From Escherichia phage T7: a DNA stretch of 37,681 nucleotides. The notes beneath the pieces are model-generated. The model searched no databases. It saw only the letters and a list, made by a program, of their open reading frames with translations, and was not told where the DNA came from. The first letter of the stretch is position 1. Every line of letters begins with the position of its first letter. The position numbers and the translations under genes were made by a program. Shown piece by piece: positions 8,420 through 19,900 of this stretch. The stretch lies in the sequence record MZ375246.1; one strand, written 5' to 3'.

Positions 8420-9118
8420 ATGGCTAAGAAGATTTTCACCTCTGCGCTGGGTACCGCTGAACCTTACGCTTACATCGCCAAGCCGGACTACGGCAACGAA
8501 GAGCGTGGCTTTGGGAACCCTCGTGGTGTCTATAAAGTTGACCTGACTATTCCCAACAAAGACCCGCGCTGCCAGCGTATGGTCGATGAAATCGTGAAGT
8601 GTCACGAAGAGGCTTATGCTGCTGCCGTTGAGGAATACGAAGCTAATCCACCTGCTGTAGCTCGTGGTAAGAAACCGCTGAAACCGTATGAGGGTGACAT
8701 GCCGTTCTTCGATAACGGTGACGGTACGACTACCTTTAAGTTCAAATGCTACGCGTCTTTCCAAGACAAGAAGACCAAAGAGACCAAGCACATCAATCTG
8801 GTTGTGGTTGACTCAAAAGGTAAGAAGATGGAAGACGTTCCGATTATCGGTGGTGGCTCTAAGCTGAAAGTTAAATATTCTCTGGTTCCATACAAGTGGA
8901 ACACTGCTGTAGGTGCGAGCGTTAAGCTGCAACTGGAATCCGTGATGCTGGTCGAACTGGCTACCTTTGGTGGCGGTGAAGACGATTGGGCTGACGAAGT
9001 TGAAGAGAACGGCTATGTTGCCTCTGGTTCTGCCAAAGCGAGCAAACCACGCGACGAAGAAAGCTGGGACGAAGACGACGAAGAGTCCGAGGAAGCAGAC
9101 GAAGACGGAGACTTCTAA
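8420..9118 (+). CDS. 2.5: Single-stranded DNA-binding protein (gene 2.5)
   Basis: 232-aa ORF MAKKIFTSALGTAEPYAYI... with acidic C-terminal tail ...DEDGDF. Confidence 0.98.
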   Translation: MAKKIFTSALGTAEPYAYIAKPDYGNEERGFGNPRGVYKVDLTIPNKDPRCQRMVDEIVKCHEEAYAAAVEEYEANPPAVARGKKPLKPYEGDMPFFDNGDGTTTFKFKCYASFQDKKTKETKHINLVVVDSKGKKMEDVPIIGGGSKLKVKYSLVPYKWNTAVGASVKLQLESVMLVELATFGGGEDDWADEVEENGYVASGSAKASKPRDEESWDEDDEESEEADEDGDF

Positions 9119-9538
9119 GTGGAACTGCGGGAGAAAATCCTTGAGCGAATCAAGGTGACTTCCTCTGGGTGTTGGGAGTGGCAGGGCGCTACGAACAATA
9201 AAGGGTACGGGCAGGTGTGGTGCAGCAATACCGGAAAGGTTGTCTACTGTCATCGCGTAATGTCTAATGCTCCGAAAGGTTCTACCGTCCTGCACTCCTG
9301 TGATAATCCATTATGTTGTAACCCTGAACACCTATCCATAGGAACTCCAAAAGAGAACTCCACTGACATGGTAAATAAGGGTCGCTCACACAAGGGGTAT
9401 AAACTTTCAGACGAAGACGTAATGGCAATCATGGAGTCCAGCGAGTCCAATGTATCCTTAGCTCGCACCTATGGTGTCTCCCAACAGACTATTTGTGATA
9501 TACGCAAAGGGAGGCGACATGGCAGGTTACGGCGCTAA
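9119..9538 (+). CDS. 2.8: Gene 2.8 protein, HNH endonuclease-like
   Basis: 139-aa ORF with GTG start (VELREKILERIKVTSSGCWEW...); Cys/His-rich HNH-type motif. Confidence 0.85.
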   Translation: MELREKILERIKVTSSGCWEWQGATNNKGYGQVWCSNTGKVVYCHRVMSNAPKGSTVLHSCDNPLCCNPEHLSIGTPKENSTDMVNKGRSHKGYKLSDEDVMAIMESSESNVSLARTYGVSQQTICDIRKGRRHGRLRR

Positions 9539-9968
9539 AGGAATCCGAAAGGTTGGAGCGTTTCGCTCTGGCCTAGAGGACAAGGTTTCAAAGCAGTTGG
9601 AATCAAAAGGTATTAAATTCGAGTATGAAGAGTGGAAAGTGCCTTATGTAATTCCGGCGAGCAATCACACTTACACTCCAGACTTCTTACTTCCAAACGG
9701 TATATTCGTTGAGACAAAGGGTCTGTGGGAAAGCGATGATAGAAAGAAGCACTTATTAATTAGGGAGCAGCACCCCGAGCTAGACATCCGTATTGTCTTC
9801 TCAAGCTCACGTACTAAGTTATACAAAGGTTCTCCAACGTCTTATGGAGAGTTCTGCGAAAAGCATGGTATTAAGTTCGCTGATAAACTGATACCTGCTG
9901 AGTGGATAAAGGAACCCAAGAAGGAGGTCCCCTTTGATAGATTAAAAAGGAAAGGAGGAAAGAAATAA
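9519..9968 (+). CDS. 3: Endonuclease I (gene 3), Holliday junction resolvase
   Basis: 149-aa MAGYGAKGIRKVGAFRSG... (internal start in track ORF 9471..9968). Confidence 0.95.
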   Translation: MAGYGAKGIRKVGAFRSGLEDKVSKQLESKGIKFEYEEWKVPYVIPASNHTYTPDFLLPNGIFVETKGLWESDDRKKHLLIREQHPELDIRIVFSSSRTKLYKGSPTSYGEFCEKHGIKFADKLIPAEWIKEPKKEVPFDRLKRKGGKK

Positions 9969-10423
9969 TGGCTCGTGTACAGTTTAAACAACGTGAATCT
10001 ACTGACGCAATCTTTGTTCACTGCTCGGCTACCAAGCCAAGTCAGAATGTTGGTGTCCGTGAGATTCGCCAGTGGCACAAAGAGCAGGGTTGGCTCGATG
10101 TGGGATACCACTTTATCATCAAGCGAGACGGTACTGTGGAGGCAGGACGAGATGAGATGGCTGTAGGCTCTCACGCTAAGGGTTACAACCACAACTCTAT
10201 CGGCGTCTGCCTTGTTGGTGGTATCGACGATAAAGGTAAGTTCGACGCTAACTTTACGCCAGCCCAAATGCAATCCCTTCGCTCACTGCTTGTCACACTG
10301 CTGGCTAAGTACGAAGGCGCTGTGCTTCGCGCCCATCATGAGGTGGCGCCGAAGGCTTGCCCTTCGTTCGACCTTAAGCGTTGGTGGGAGAAGAACGAAC
10401 TGGTCACTTCTGACCGTGGATAA
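9968..10423 (+). CDS. 3.5: Lysozyme / N-acetylmuramoyl-L-alanine amidase and RNA polymerase inhibitor (gene 3.5)
   Basis: 151-aa ORF MARVQFKQRESTDAIFVHCSATKPSQNV... Confidence 0.98.
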   Translation: MARVQFKQRESTDAIFVHCSATKPSQNVGVREIRQWHKEQGWLDVGYHFIIKRDGTVEAGRDEMAVGSHAKGYNHNSIGVCLVGGIDDKGKFDANFTPAQMQSLRSLLVTLLAKYEGAVLRAHHEVAPKACPSFDLKRWWEKNELVTSDRG

Positions 10424-12235
<1,812 letters not shown>

Positions 12236-12303
12236 CAGGTTTCTTGACAGTTGTTTCATATGAAGAGATTGTTAAGTCACGATAATCAATAGGAGAAATC
12301 AAT

Positions 12304-14418
12304 ATGATCGTTTCTGACATCGAAGCTAACGCCCTCTTAGAGAGCGTCACTAAGTTCCACTGCGGGGTTATCTACGACTACTCCACCGCTGAGTACGTAA
12401 GCTACCGTCCGAGTGACTTCGGTGCGTATCTGGATGCGCTGGAAGCCGAGGTTGCACGAGGCGGTCTTATTGTGTTCCACAACGGTCACAAGTATGACGT
12501 TCCTGCATTGACCAAACTGGCAAAGTTGCAATTGAACCGAGAGTTCCACCTTCCTCGTGAGAACTGTATTGACACCCTTGTGTTGTCACGTTTGATTCAT
12601 TCCAACCTCAAGGACACCGATATGGGTCTTCTGCGTTCCGGCAAGTTGCCCGGAAAACGCTTTGGGTCTCACGCTTTGGAGGCGTGGGGTTATCGCTTAG
12701 GCGAGATGAAGGGTGAATACAAAGACGACTTTAAGCGTATGCTTGAAGAGCAGGGTGAAGAATACGTTGACGGAATGGAGTGGTGGAACTTCAACGAAGA
12801 GATGATGGACTATAACGTTCAGGACGTTGTGGTAACTAAAGCTCTCCTTGAGAAGCTACTCTCTGACAAACATTACTTCCCTCCTGAGATTGACTTTACG
12901 GACGTAGGATACACTACGTTCTGGTCAGAATCCCTTGAGGCCGTTGACATTGAACATCGTGCTGCATGGCTGCTCGCTAAACAAGAGCGCAACGGGTTCC
13001 CGTTTGACACAAAAGCAATCGAAGAGTTGTACGTAGAGTTAGCTGCTCGCCGCTCTGAGTTGCTCCGTAAATTGACCGAAACGTTCGGCTCGTGGTATCA
13101 GCCTAAAGGTGGCACTGAGATGTTCTGCCATCCGCGAACAGGTAAGCCACTACCTAAATACCCTCGCATTAAGACACCTAAAGTTGGTGGTATCTTTAAG
13201 AAGCCTAAGAACAAGGCACAGCGAGAAGGCCGTGAGCCTTGCGAACTTGATACCCGCGAGTACGTTGCTGGTGCTCCTTACACCCCAGTTGAACATGTTG
13301 TGTTTAACCCTTCGTCTCGTGACCACATTCAGAAGAAACTCCAAGAGGCTGGGTGGGTCCCGACCAAGTACACCGATAAGGGTGCTCCTGTGGTGGACGA
13401 TGAGGTACTCGAAGGAGTACGTGTAGATGACCCTGAGAAGCAAGCCGCTATCGACCTCATTAAAGAGTACTTGATGATTCAGAAGCGAATCGGACAGTCT
13501 GCTGAGGGAGACAAAGCATGGCTTCGTTATGTTGCTGAGGATGGTAAGATTCATGGTTCTGTTAACCCTAATGGAGCAGTTACGGGTCGTGCGACCCATG
13601 CGTTCCCAAACCTTGCGCAAATTCCGGGTGTACGTTCTCCTTATGGAGAGCAGTGTCGCGCTGCTTTTGGCGCTGAGCACCATTTGGATGGGATAACTGG
13701 TAAGCCTTGGGTTCAGGCTGGCATCGACGCATCCGGTCTTGAGCTACGCTGCTTGGCTCACTTCATGGCTCGCTTTGATAACGGCGAGTACGCTCACGAG
13801 ATTCTTAACGGCGACATCCACACTAAGAACCAGATAGCTGCTGAACTACCTACCCGAGATAACGCTAAGACGTTCATCTATGGGTTCCTCTATGGTGCTG
13901 GTGATGAGAAGATTGGACAGATTGTTGGTGCTGGTAAAGAGCGCGGTAAGGAACTCAAGAAGAAATTCCTTGAGAACACCCCCGCGATTGCAGCACTCCG
14001 CGAGTCTATCCAACAGACACTTGTCGAGTCCTCTCAATGGGTAGCTGGTGAGCAACAAGTCAAGTGGAAACGCCGCTGGATTAAAGGTCTGGATGGTCGT
14101 AAGGTACACGTTCGTAGTCCTCACGCTGCCTTGAATACCCTACTGCAATCTGCTGGTGCTCTCATCTGCAAACTGTGGATTATCAAGACCGAAGAGATGC
14201 TCGTAGAGAAAGGCTTGAAGCATGGCTGGGATGGGGACTTTGCGTACATGGCATGGGTACATGATGAAATCCAAGTAGGCTGCCGTACCGAAGAGATTGC
14301 TCAGGTGGTCATTGAGACCGCACAAGAAGCGATGCGCTGGGTTGGAGACCACTGGAACTTCCGGTGTCTTCTGGATACCGAAGGTAAGATGGGTCCTAAT
14401 TGGGCGATTTGCCACTGA
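12304..14418 (+). CDS. 5: DNA polymerase (gene 5)
   Basis: 704-aa [30 protein letters not shown]... Confidence 0.99.
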   Translation: MIVSDIEANALLESVTKFHCGVIYDYSTAEYVSYRPSDFGAYLDALEAEVARGGLIVFHNGHKYDVPALTKLAKLQLNREFHLPRENCIDTLVLSRLIHSNLKDTDMGLLRSGKLPGKRFGSHALEAWGYRLGEMKGEYKDDFKRMLEEQGEEYVDGMEWWNFNEEMMDYNVQDVVVTKALLEKLLSDKHYFPPEIDFTDVGYTTFWSESLEAVDIEHRAAWLLAKQERNGFPFDTKAIEELYVELAARRSELLRKLTETFGSWYQPKGGTEMFCHPRTGKPLPKYPRIKTPKVGGIFKKPKNKAQREGREPCELDTREYVAGAPYTPVEHVVFNPSSRDHIQKKLQEAGWVPTKYTDKGAPVVDDEVLEGVRVDDPEKQAAIDLIKEYLMIQKRIGQSAEGDKAWLRYVAEDGKIHGSVNPNGAVTGRATHAFPNLAQIPGVRSPYGEQCRAAFGAEHHLDGITGKPWVQAGIDASGLELRCLAHFMARFDNGEYAHEILNGDIHTKNQIAAELPTRDNAKTFIYGFLYGAGDEKIGQIVGAGKERGKELKKKFLENTPAIAALRESIQQTLVESSQWVAGEQQVKWKRRWIKGLDGRKVHVRSPHAALNTLLQSAGALICKLWIIKTEEMLVEKGLKHGWDGDFAYMAWVHDEIQVGCRTEEIAQVVIETAQEAMRWVGDHWNFRCLLDTEGKMGPNWAICH

Positions 14419-14433
14419 TACAGGAGGCTACTC

Positions 14434-14790
14434 ATGAACGAAAGACACTTAACAGGTGCTGCTTCTGAAATGCTAGTAGCCTACAAATTTACCAAAGCTG
14501 GGTACACTGTCTATTACCCTATGCTGACTCAGAGTAAAGAGGACTTGGTTGTATGTAAGGATGGTAAATTTAGTAAGGTTCAGGTTAAAACAGCCACAAC
14601 GGTTCAAACCAACACAGGAGATGCCAAGCAGGTTAGGCTAGGTGGATGCGGTAGGTCCGAATATAAGGATGGAGACTTTGACATTCTTGCGGTTGTGGTT
14701 GACGAAGATGTGCTTATTTTCACATGGGACGAAGTAAAAGGTAAGACATCCATGTGTGTCGGCAAGAGAAACAAAGGCATAAAACTATAG
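14434..14790 (+). CDS. 5.3: Gene 5.3 protein
   Basis: 118-aa ORF MNERHLTGAASEMLVAYKF... Confidence 0.9.
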   Translation: MNERHLTGAASEMLVAYKFTKAGYTVYYPMLTQSKEDLVVCKDGKFSKVQVKTATTVQTNTGDAKQVRLGGCGRSEYKDGDFDILAVVVDEDVLIFTWDEVKGKTSMCVGKRNKGIKL

Positions 14791-14801
14791 GAGAAATTAT
14801 T

Positions 14802-15101
14802 ATGGCTATGACAAAGAAATTTAAAGTGTCCTTCGACGTTACCGCAAAGATGTCGTCTGACGTTCAGGCAATCTTAGAGAAAGATATGCTGCATCTATGT
14901 AAGCAGGTCGGCTCAGGTGCGATTGTCCCCAATGGTAAACAGAAGGAAATGATTGTCCAGTTCCTGACACACGGTATGGAAGGATTGATGACATTCGTAG
15001 TACGTACATCATTTCGTGAGGCCATTAAGGACATGCACGAAGAGTATGCAGATAAGGACTCTTTCAAACAATCTCCTGCAACAGTACGGGAGGTGTTCTG
15101 A
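14802..15101 (+). CDS. 5.5: Gene 5.5 protein (H-NS binding)
   Basis: 99-aa MAMTKKFKVSFDVTAKMSSD... (internal start in track ORF 14754..15101). Confidence 0.92.
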   Translation: MAMTKKFKVSFDVTAKMSSDVQAILEKDMLHLCKQVGSGAIVPNGKQKEMIVQFLTHGMEGLMTFVVRTSFREAIKDMHEEYADKDSFKQSPATVREVF

Positions 15102-15310
15102 TGTCTGACTACCTGAAAGTGCTGCAAGCAATCAAAAGTTGCCCTAAGACTTTCCAGTCCAACTATGTACGGAACAATGCGAGCCTCGTAGCGGAGGCCG
15201 CTTCCCGTGGTCACATCTCGTGCCTGACTACTAGTGGACGTAACGGTGGCGCTTGGGAAATCACTGCTTCCGGTACTCGCTTTCTGAAACGAATGGGAGG
15301 ATGTGTCTAA
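15101..15310 (+). CDS. 5.7: Gene 5.7 protein
   Basis: 69-aa ORF MSDYLKVLQAIKSCPKTFQS... Confidence 0.9.
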   Translation: MSDYLKVLQAIKSCPKTFQSNYVRNNASLVAEAASRGHISCLTTSGRNGGAWEITASGTRFLKRMGGCV

Positions 15311-15468
15311 TGTCTCGTGACCTTGTGACTATTCCACGCGATGTGTGGAACGATATACAGGGCTACATCGACTCTCTGGAACGTGAGAACGATAGCCTTA
15401 AGAATCAACTAATGGAAGCTGACGAATACGTAGCGGAACTAGAGGAGAAACTTAATGGCACTTCTTGA
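15310..15468 (+). CDS. 5.9: Gene 5.9 RecBCD inhibitor
   Basis: 52-aa MSRDLVTIPRDVWNDIQGYIDSLERENDSL... (internal start in track ORF 15253..15468). Confidence 0.88.
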   Translation: MSRDLVTIPRDVWNDIQGYIDSLERENDSLKNQLMEADEYVAELEEKLNGTS

Positions 15469-16357
15469 CCTTAAACAATTCTATGAGTTACGTGAAGGCT
15501 GCGACGACAAGGGTATCCTTGTGATGGACGGCGACTGGCTGGTCTTCCAAGCTATGAGTGCTGCTGAGTTTGATGCCTCTTGGGAGGAAGAGATTTGGCA
15601 CCGATGCTGTGACCACGCTAAGGCCCGTCAGATTCTTGAGGATTCCATTAAGTCCTACGAGACCCGTAAGAAGGCTTGGGCAGGTGCTCCAATTGTCCTT
15701 GCGTTCACCGATAGTGTTAACTGGCGTAAAGAACTGGTTGACCCGAACTATAAGGCTAACCGTAAGGCCGTGAAGAAACCTGTAGGGTACTTTGAGTTCC
15801 TTGATGCTCTCTTTGAGCGCGAAGAGTTCTATTGCATCCGTGAGCCTATGCTTGAGGGTGATGACGTTATGGGAGTTATTGCTTCCAATCCGTCTGCCTT
15901 CGGTGCTCGTAAGGCTGTAATCATCTCTTGCGATAAGGACTTTAAGACCATCCCTAACTGTGACTTCCTGTGGTGTACCACTGGTAACATCCTGACTCAG
16001 ACCGAAGAGTCCGCTGACTGGTGGCACCTCTTCCAGACCATCAAGGGTGACATCACTGATGGTTACTCAGGGATTGCTGGATGGGGTGATACCGCCGAGG
16101 ACTTCTTGAATAACCCGTTCATAACCGAGCCTAAAACGTCTGTGCTTAAGTCCGGTAAGAACAAAGGCCAAGAGGTTACTAAATGGGTTAAACGCGACCC
16201 TGAGCCTCATGAGACGCTTTGGGACTGCATTAAGTCCATTGGCGCGAAGGCTGGTATGACCGAAGAGGATATTATCAAGCAGGGCCAAATGGCTCGAATC
16301 CTACGGTTCAACGAGTACAACTTTATTGACAAGGAGATTTACCTGTGGAGACCGTAG
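15455..16357 (+). CDS. 6: 5'-3' exonuclease (gene 6)
   Basis: 300-aa ORF MALLDLKQFYELREGCDDKGILVMDGDWLVF... Confidence 0.98.
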   Translation: MALLDLKQFYELREGCDDKGILVMDGDWLVFQAMSAAEFDASWEEEIWHRCCDHAKARQILEDSIKSYETRKKAWAGAPIVLAFTDSVNWRKELVDPNYKANRKAVKKPVGYFEFLDALFEREEFYCIREPMLEGDDVMGVIASNPSAFGARKAVIISCDKDFKTIPNCDFLWCTTGNILTQTEESADWWHLFQTIKGDITDGYSGIAGWGDTAEDFLNNPFITEPKTSVLKSGKNKGQEVTKWVKRDPEPHETLWDCIKSIGAKAGMTEEDIIKQGQMARILRFNEYNFIDKEIYLWRP

Positions 16358-16458
16358 CGTATATTGGTCTGGGTCTTTGTGTTCTCGGAGTGTGCCTCAT
16401 TTCGTGGGGCCTTTGGGACTTAGCCAGAATAATCAAGTCGTTACACGACACTAAGTGA
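16345..16458 (+). CDS. 6.3: Gene 6.3 small protein
   Basis: 37-codon ORF with GTG start (ETVAYIGLGLCVLGVCLISWGLWDLARIIKSLHDTK), overlapping end of gene 6 as in T7. Confidence 0.65.
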   Translation: METVAYIGLGLCVLGVCLISWGLWDLARIIKSLHDTK

Positions 16459-16478
16459 TAAACTCAAGGTCCCTAAAT

Positions 16479-16501
16479 TAATACGACTCACTATAGGGAG
16501 A
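16479..16501 (+). promoter_or_regulatory. T7 promoter phi6.5 (class III, consensus)
   Basis: taatacgactcactatagggaga. Confidence 0.9.
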
Positions 16502-16548
16502 TAGGGGCCTTTACGATTATTACTTTAAGATTTAACTCTAAGAGGAAT
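16500..16548 (+). promoter_or_regulatory. RNase III site R6.5 region
   Basis: Positional correspondence to T7 R6.5 just downstream of phi6.5. Confidence 0.45.
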
Positions 16549-16555
16549 CTTTATT

Positions 16556-16810
16556 ATGTTAACACCTATTAACCAATTACTTAAGAACCCTAACGATATT
16601 CCAGATGTACCTCGTGCAACCGCTGAGTATCTACAGGTTCGATTCAACTATGCGTACCTCGAAGCGTCTGGTCATATAGGACTTATGCGTGCTAATGGTT
16701 GTAGTGAGGCCCACATCTTGGGTTTCATTCAGGGCCTACAGTATGCCTCTAACGTCATTGACGAGATTGAGTTACGCAAGGAACAACTAAGAGATGATGG
16801 GGAGGATTGA
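16556..16810 (+). CDS. 6.5: Gene 6.5 protein
   Basis: 84-aa [28 protein letters not shown]... Confidence 0.9.
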
Positions 16811-16814
16811 CACT

Positions 16815-17081
16815 ATGTGTTTCTCACCGAAAATTAAAACTCCGAAGATGGATACCAATCAGATTCGAGCCGTTGAGCCAGCGCCTCTGACCCAAGAAGT
16901 GTCAAGCGTGGAGTTCGGTGGGTCTTCTGATGAGACGGATACCGAGGGCACCGAAGTGTCTGGACGCAAAGGCCTCAAGGTCGAACGTGATGATTCCGTA
17001 GCGAAGTCTAAAGCCAGCGGCAATGGCTCCGCTCGTATGAAATCTTCCATCCGTAAGTCCGCATTTGGAGGTAAGAAGTGA
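16815..17081 (+). CDS. 6.7: Gene 6.7 virion protein
   Basis: 88-aa MCFSPKIKTPKMDTNQIRAVEP... (internal start in track ORF 16794..17081). Confidence 0.88.
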   Translation: MCFSPKIKTPKMDTNQIRAVEPAPLTQEVSSVEFGGSSDETDTEGTEVSGRKGLKVERDDSVAKSKASGNGSARMKSSIRKSAFGGKK

Positions 17082-17482
17082 TGTCTGAGTTCACATGTGT
17101 GGAGGCTAAGAGTCGCTTCCGTGCAATCCGGTGGACTGTGGAACACCTTGGGTTGCCTAAAGGATTCGAAGGACACTTTGTGGGCTACAGCCTCTACGTA
17201 GACGAAGTGATGGACATGTCTGGTTGCCGTGAAGAGTACATTCTGGACTCTACCGGAAAACATGTAGCGTACTTCGCGTGGTGCGTAAGCTGTGACATTC
17301 ACCACAAAGGAGACATTCTGGATGTAACGTCCGTTGTCATTAATCCTGAGGCAGACTCTAAGGGCTTACAGCGATTCCTAGCGAAACGCTTTAAGTACCT
17401 TGCGGAACTCCACGATTGCGATTGGGTGTCTCGTTGTAAGCATGAAGGCGAGACAATGCGTGTATACTTTAAGGAGGTATAA
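17081..17482 (+). CDS. 7: Gene 7 host-range protein
   Basis: 133-aa MSEFTCVEAKSRFRAIRWTVEHLG... Confidence 0.9.
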   Translation: MSEFTCVEAKSRFRAIRWTVEHLGLPKGFEGHFVGYSLYVDEVMDMSGCREEYILDSTGKHVAYFAWCVSCDIHHKGDILDVTSVVINPEADSKGLQRFLAKRFKYLAELHDCDWVSRCKHEGETMRVYFKEV

Positions 17483-17485
17483 GTT

Positions 17486-17785
17486 ATGGGTAAGAAAGTT
17501 AAGAAGGCCGTGAAGAAAGTCCCCAAGTCCGTTAAGAAAGTCGTTAAGGAAGGGGCTCGTCCGGTTAAACAGGTTGCTGGCGGTCTAGCTGGTCTGGCTG
17601 GTGGTACTGGTGAAGCACAGATGGTGGAAGTACCACAAGCTGCCGCACAGATTGTTGACGTACCTGAGAAAGAGGTTTCCACTGAGGACGAAGCACAGAC
17701 AGAAAGCGGACGCAAGAAAGCTCGTGCTGGCGGTAAGAAATCCTTGAGTGTAGCCCGTAGCTCCGGTGGCGGTATCAACATTTAA
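17486..17785 (+). CDS. 7.3: Gene 7.3 tail/virion protein
   Basis: 99-aa lysine-rich ORF MGKKVKKAVKKVPKSVKKVVKEG... Confidence 0.92.
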   Translation: MGKKVKKAVKKVPKSVKKVVKEGARPVKQVAGGLAGLAGGTGEAQMVEVPQAAAQIVDVPEKEVSTEDEAQTESGRKKARAGGKKSLSVARSSGGGINI

Positions 17786-17798
17786 TCAGGAGGTTATC

Positions 17799-18191
17799 GT
17801 GGAAGACTGCATTGAATGGACCGGAGGTGTCAACTCTAAGGGTTATGGTCGTAAGTGGGTTAATGGTAAACTTGTGACTCCACATAGGCACATCTATGAG
17901 GAGACATATGGTCCAGTTCCAACAGGAATTGTGGTGATGCATATCTGCGATAACCCTAGGTGCTATAACATAAAGCACCTTACGCTTGGAACTCCAAAGG
18001 ATAATTCCGAGGACATGGTTACCAAAGGTAGACAGGCTAAAGGAGAGGAACTAAGCAAGAAACTTACAGAGTCAGACGTTCTCGCTATACGCTCTTCAAC
18101 CTTAAGCCACCGCTCCTTAGGAGAACTGTATGGAGTCAGTCAATCAACCATAACGCGAATACTACAGCGTAAGACATGGAGACACATTTAA
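17799..18191 (+). CDS. 7.7: Gene 7.7 protein, HNH endonuclease-like (paralogous to 2.8)
   Basis: 130-codon ORF with GTG start after ggagg RBS (VEDCIEWTGGVNSKGYGRKW...); similar to gp2.8 seen in this window. Confidence 0.8.
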   Translation: MEDCIEWTGGVNSKGYGRKWVNGKLVTPHRHIYEETYGPVPTGIVVMHICDNPRCYNIKHLTLGTPKDNSEDMVTKGRQAKGEELSKKLTESDVLAIRSSTLSHRSLGELYGVSQSTITRILQRKTWRHI

Positions 18192-19801
18192 TGGCTGAGA
18201 AACGAACAGGACTTGCGGAGGATGGCGCAAAGTCTGTCTATGAGCGTTTAAAGAACGACCGTGCTCCCTATGAGACACGCGCTCAGAATTGCGCTCAATA
18301 TACCATCCCATCATTGTTCCCTAAGGACTCCGATAACGCCTCTACAGATTATCAAACTCCGTGGCAAGCCGTGGGCGCTCGTGGTCTGAACAATCTAGCC
18401 TCTAAGCTCATGCTGGCTCTATTCCCTATGCAGACTTGGATGCGACTTACTATATCTGAATATGAAGCAAAGCAGTTACTGAGCGACCCCGATGGACTCG
18501 CTAAGGTCGATGAGGGCCTCTCGATGGTAGAGCGTATCATCATGAACTACATTGAGTCTAACAGTTACCGCGTGACTCTCTTTGAGGCTCTCAAACAGTT
18601 AGTCGTAGCTGGTAACGTCCTGCTGTACCTACCGGAACCGGAAGGGTCAAACTATAATCCCATGAAGCTGTACCGATTGTCTTCTTATGTGGTCCAACGA
18701 GACGCATTCGGCAACGTTCTGCAAATGGTGACTCGTGACCAGATAGCTTTTGGTGCTCTCCCTGAGGACATCCGTAAGGCTGTAGAAGGTCAAGGTGGTG
18801 AGAAGAAAGCTGATGAGACAATCGACGTGTACACTCACATCTATCTGGATGAGGACTCAGGTGAATACCTCCGATACGAAGAGGTCGAGGGTATGGAAGT
18901 CCAAGGCTCCGATGGGACTTATCCTAAAGAGGCTTGCCCATACATCCCGATTCGGATGGTCAGACTAGATGGTGAATCCTACGGTCGTTCGTACATTGAG
19001 GAATACTTAGGTGACTTACGGTCCCTTGAAAATCTCCAAGAGGCTATCGTCAAGATGTCCATGATTAGCTCTAAGGTTATCGGCTTAGTGAATCCTGCTG
19101 GTATCACCCAGCCACGCCGACTGACCAAAGCTCAGACTGGTGACTTCGTTACTGGTCGTCCAGAAGACATCTCGTTCCTCCAACTGGAGAAGCAAGCAGA
19201 CTTTACTGTAGCTAAAGCCGTAAGTGACGCTATCGAGGCTCGCCTTTCGTTTGCCTTTATGTTGAACTCTGCGGTTCAGCGTACAGGTGAACGTGTGACC
19301 GCCGAAGAGATTCGGTATGTAGCTTCTGAACTTGAAGATACTTTAGGTGGTGTCTACTCTATCCTTTCTCAAGAATTACAATTGCCTCTGGTACGAGTGC
19401 TCTTGAAGCAACTACAAGCCACGCAACAGATTCCTGAGTTACCTAAGGAAGCCGTAGAGCCAACCATTAGTACAGGTCTGGAAGCAATTGGTCGAGGACA
19501 AGACCTTGATAAGCTGGAGCGGTGTGTCACTGCGTGGGCTGCACTGGCACCTATGCGGGACGACCCTGATATTAACCTTGCGATGATTAAGTTACGTATT
19601 GCCAACGCTATCGGTATTGACACTTCTGGTATTCTACTCACCGAAGAACAGAAGCAACAGAAGATGGCCCAACAGTCTATGCAAATGGGTATGGATAATG
19701 GTGCTGCTGCGCTGGCTCAAGGTATGGCTGCACAAGCTACAGCTTCACCTGAGGCTATGGCTGCTGCCGCTGATTCCGTAGGTTTACAGCCGGGAATTTA
19801 A
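18191..19801 (+). CDS. 8: Head-to-tail connector / portal protein (gene 8)
   Basis: 536-aa MAEKRTGLAEDGAKSVYERLKNDRAPYETRAQ... (internal start of track ORF 18176..19801). Confidence 0.98.
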   Translation: MAEKRTGLAEDGAKSVYERLKNDRAPYETRAQNCAQYTIPSLFPKDSDNASTDYQTPWQAVGARGLNNLASKLMLALFPMQTWMRLTISEYEAKQLLSDPDGLAKVDEGLSMVERIIMNYIESNSYRVTLFEALKQLVVAGNVLLYLPEPEGSNYNPMKLYRLSSYVVQRDAFGNVLQMVTRDQIAFGALPEDIRKAVEGQGGEKKADETIDVYTHIYLDEDSGEYLRYEEVEGMEVQGSDGTYPKEACPYIPIRMVRLDGESYGRSYIEEYLGDLRSLENLQEAIVKMSMISSKVIGLVNPAGITQPRRLTKAQTGDFVTGRPEDISFLQLEKQADFTVAKAVSDAIEARLSFAFMLNSAVQRTGERVTAEEIRYVASELEDTLGGVYSILSQELQLPLVRVLLKQLQATQQIPELPKEAVEPTISTGLEAIGRGQDLDKLERCVTAWAALAPMRDDPDINLAMIKLRIANAIGIDTSGILLTEEQKQQKMAQQSMQMGMDNGAAALAQGMAAQATASPEAMAAAADSVGLQPGI

Positions 19802-19821
19802 TACGACTCACTATAGGGAGA
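19799..19821 (+). promoter_or_regulatory. T7 promoter phi9
   Basis: taatacgactcactatagggaga overlapping gene 8 stop. Confidence 0.9.
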
Positions 19822-19900
19822 CCTCATCTTTGAAATGAGCGATGACAAGAGGTTGGAGTCCTCGGTCTTCCTGTAGTTCAACTTTAAGGAGACAATAATA

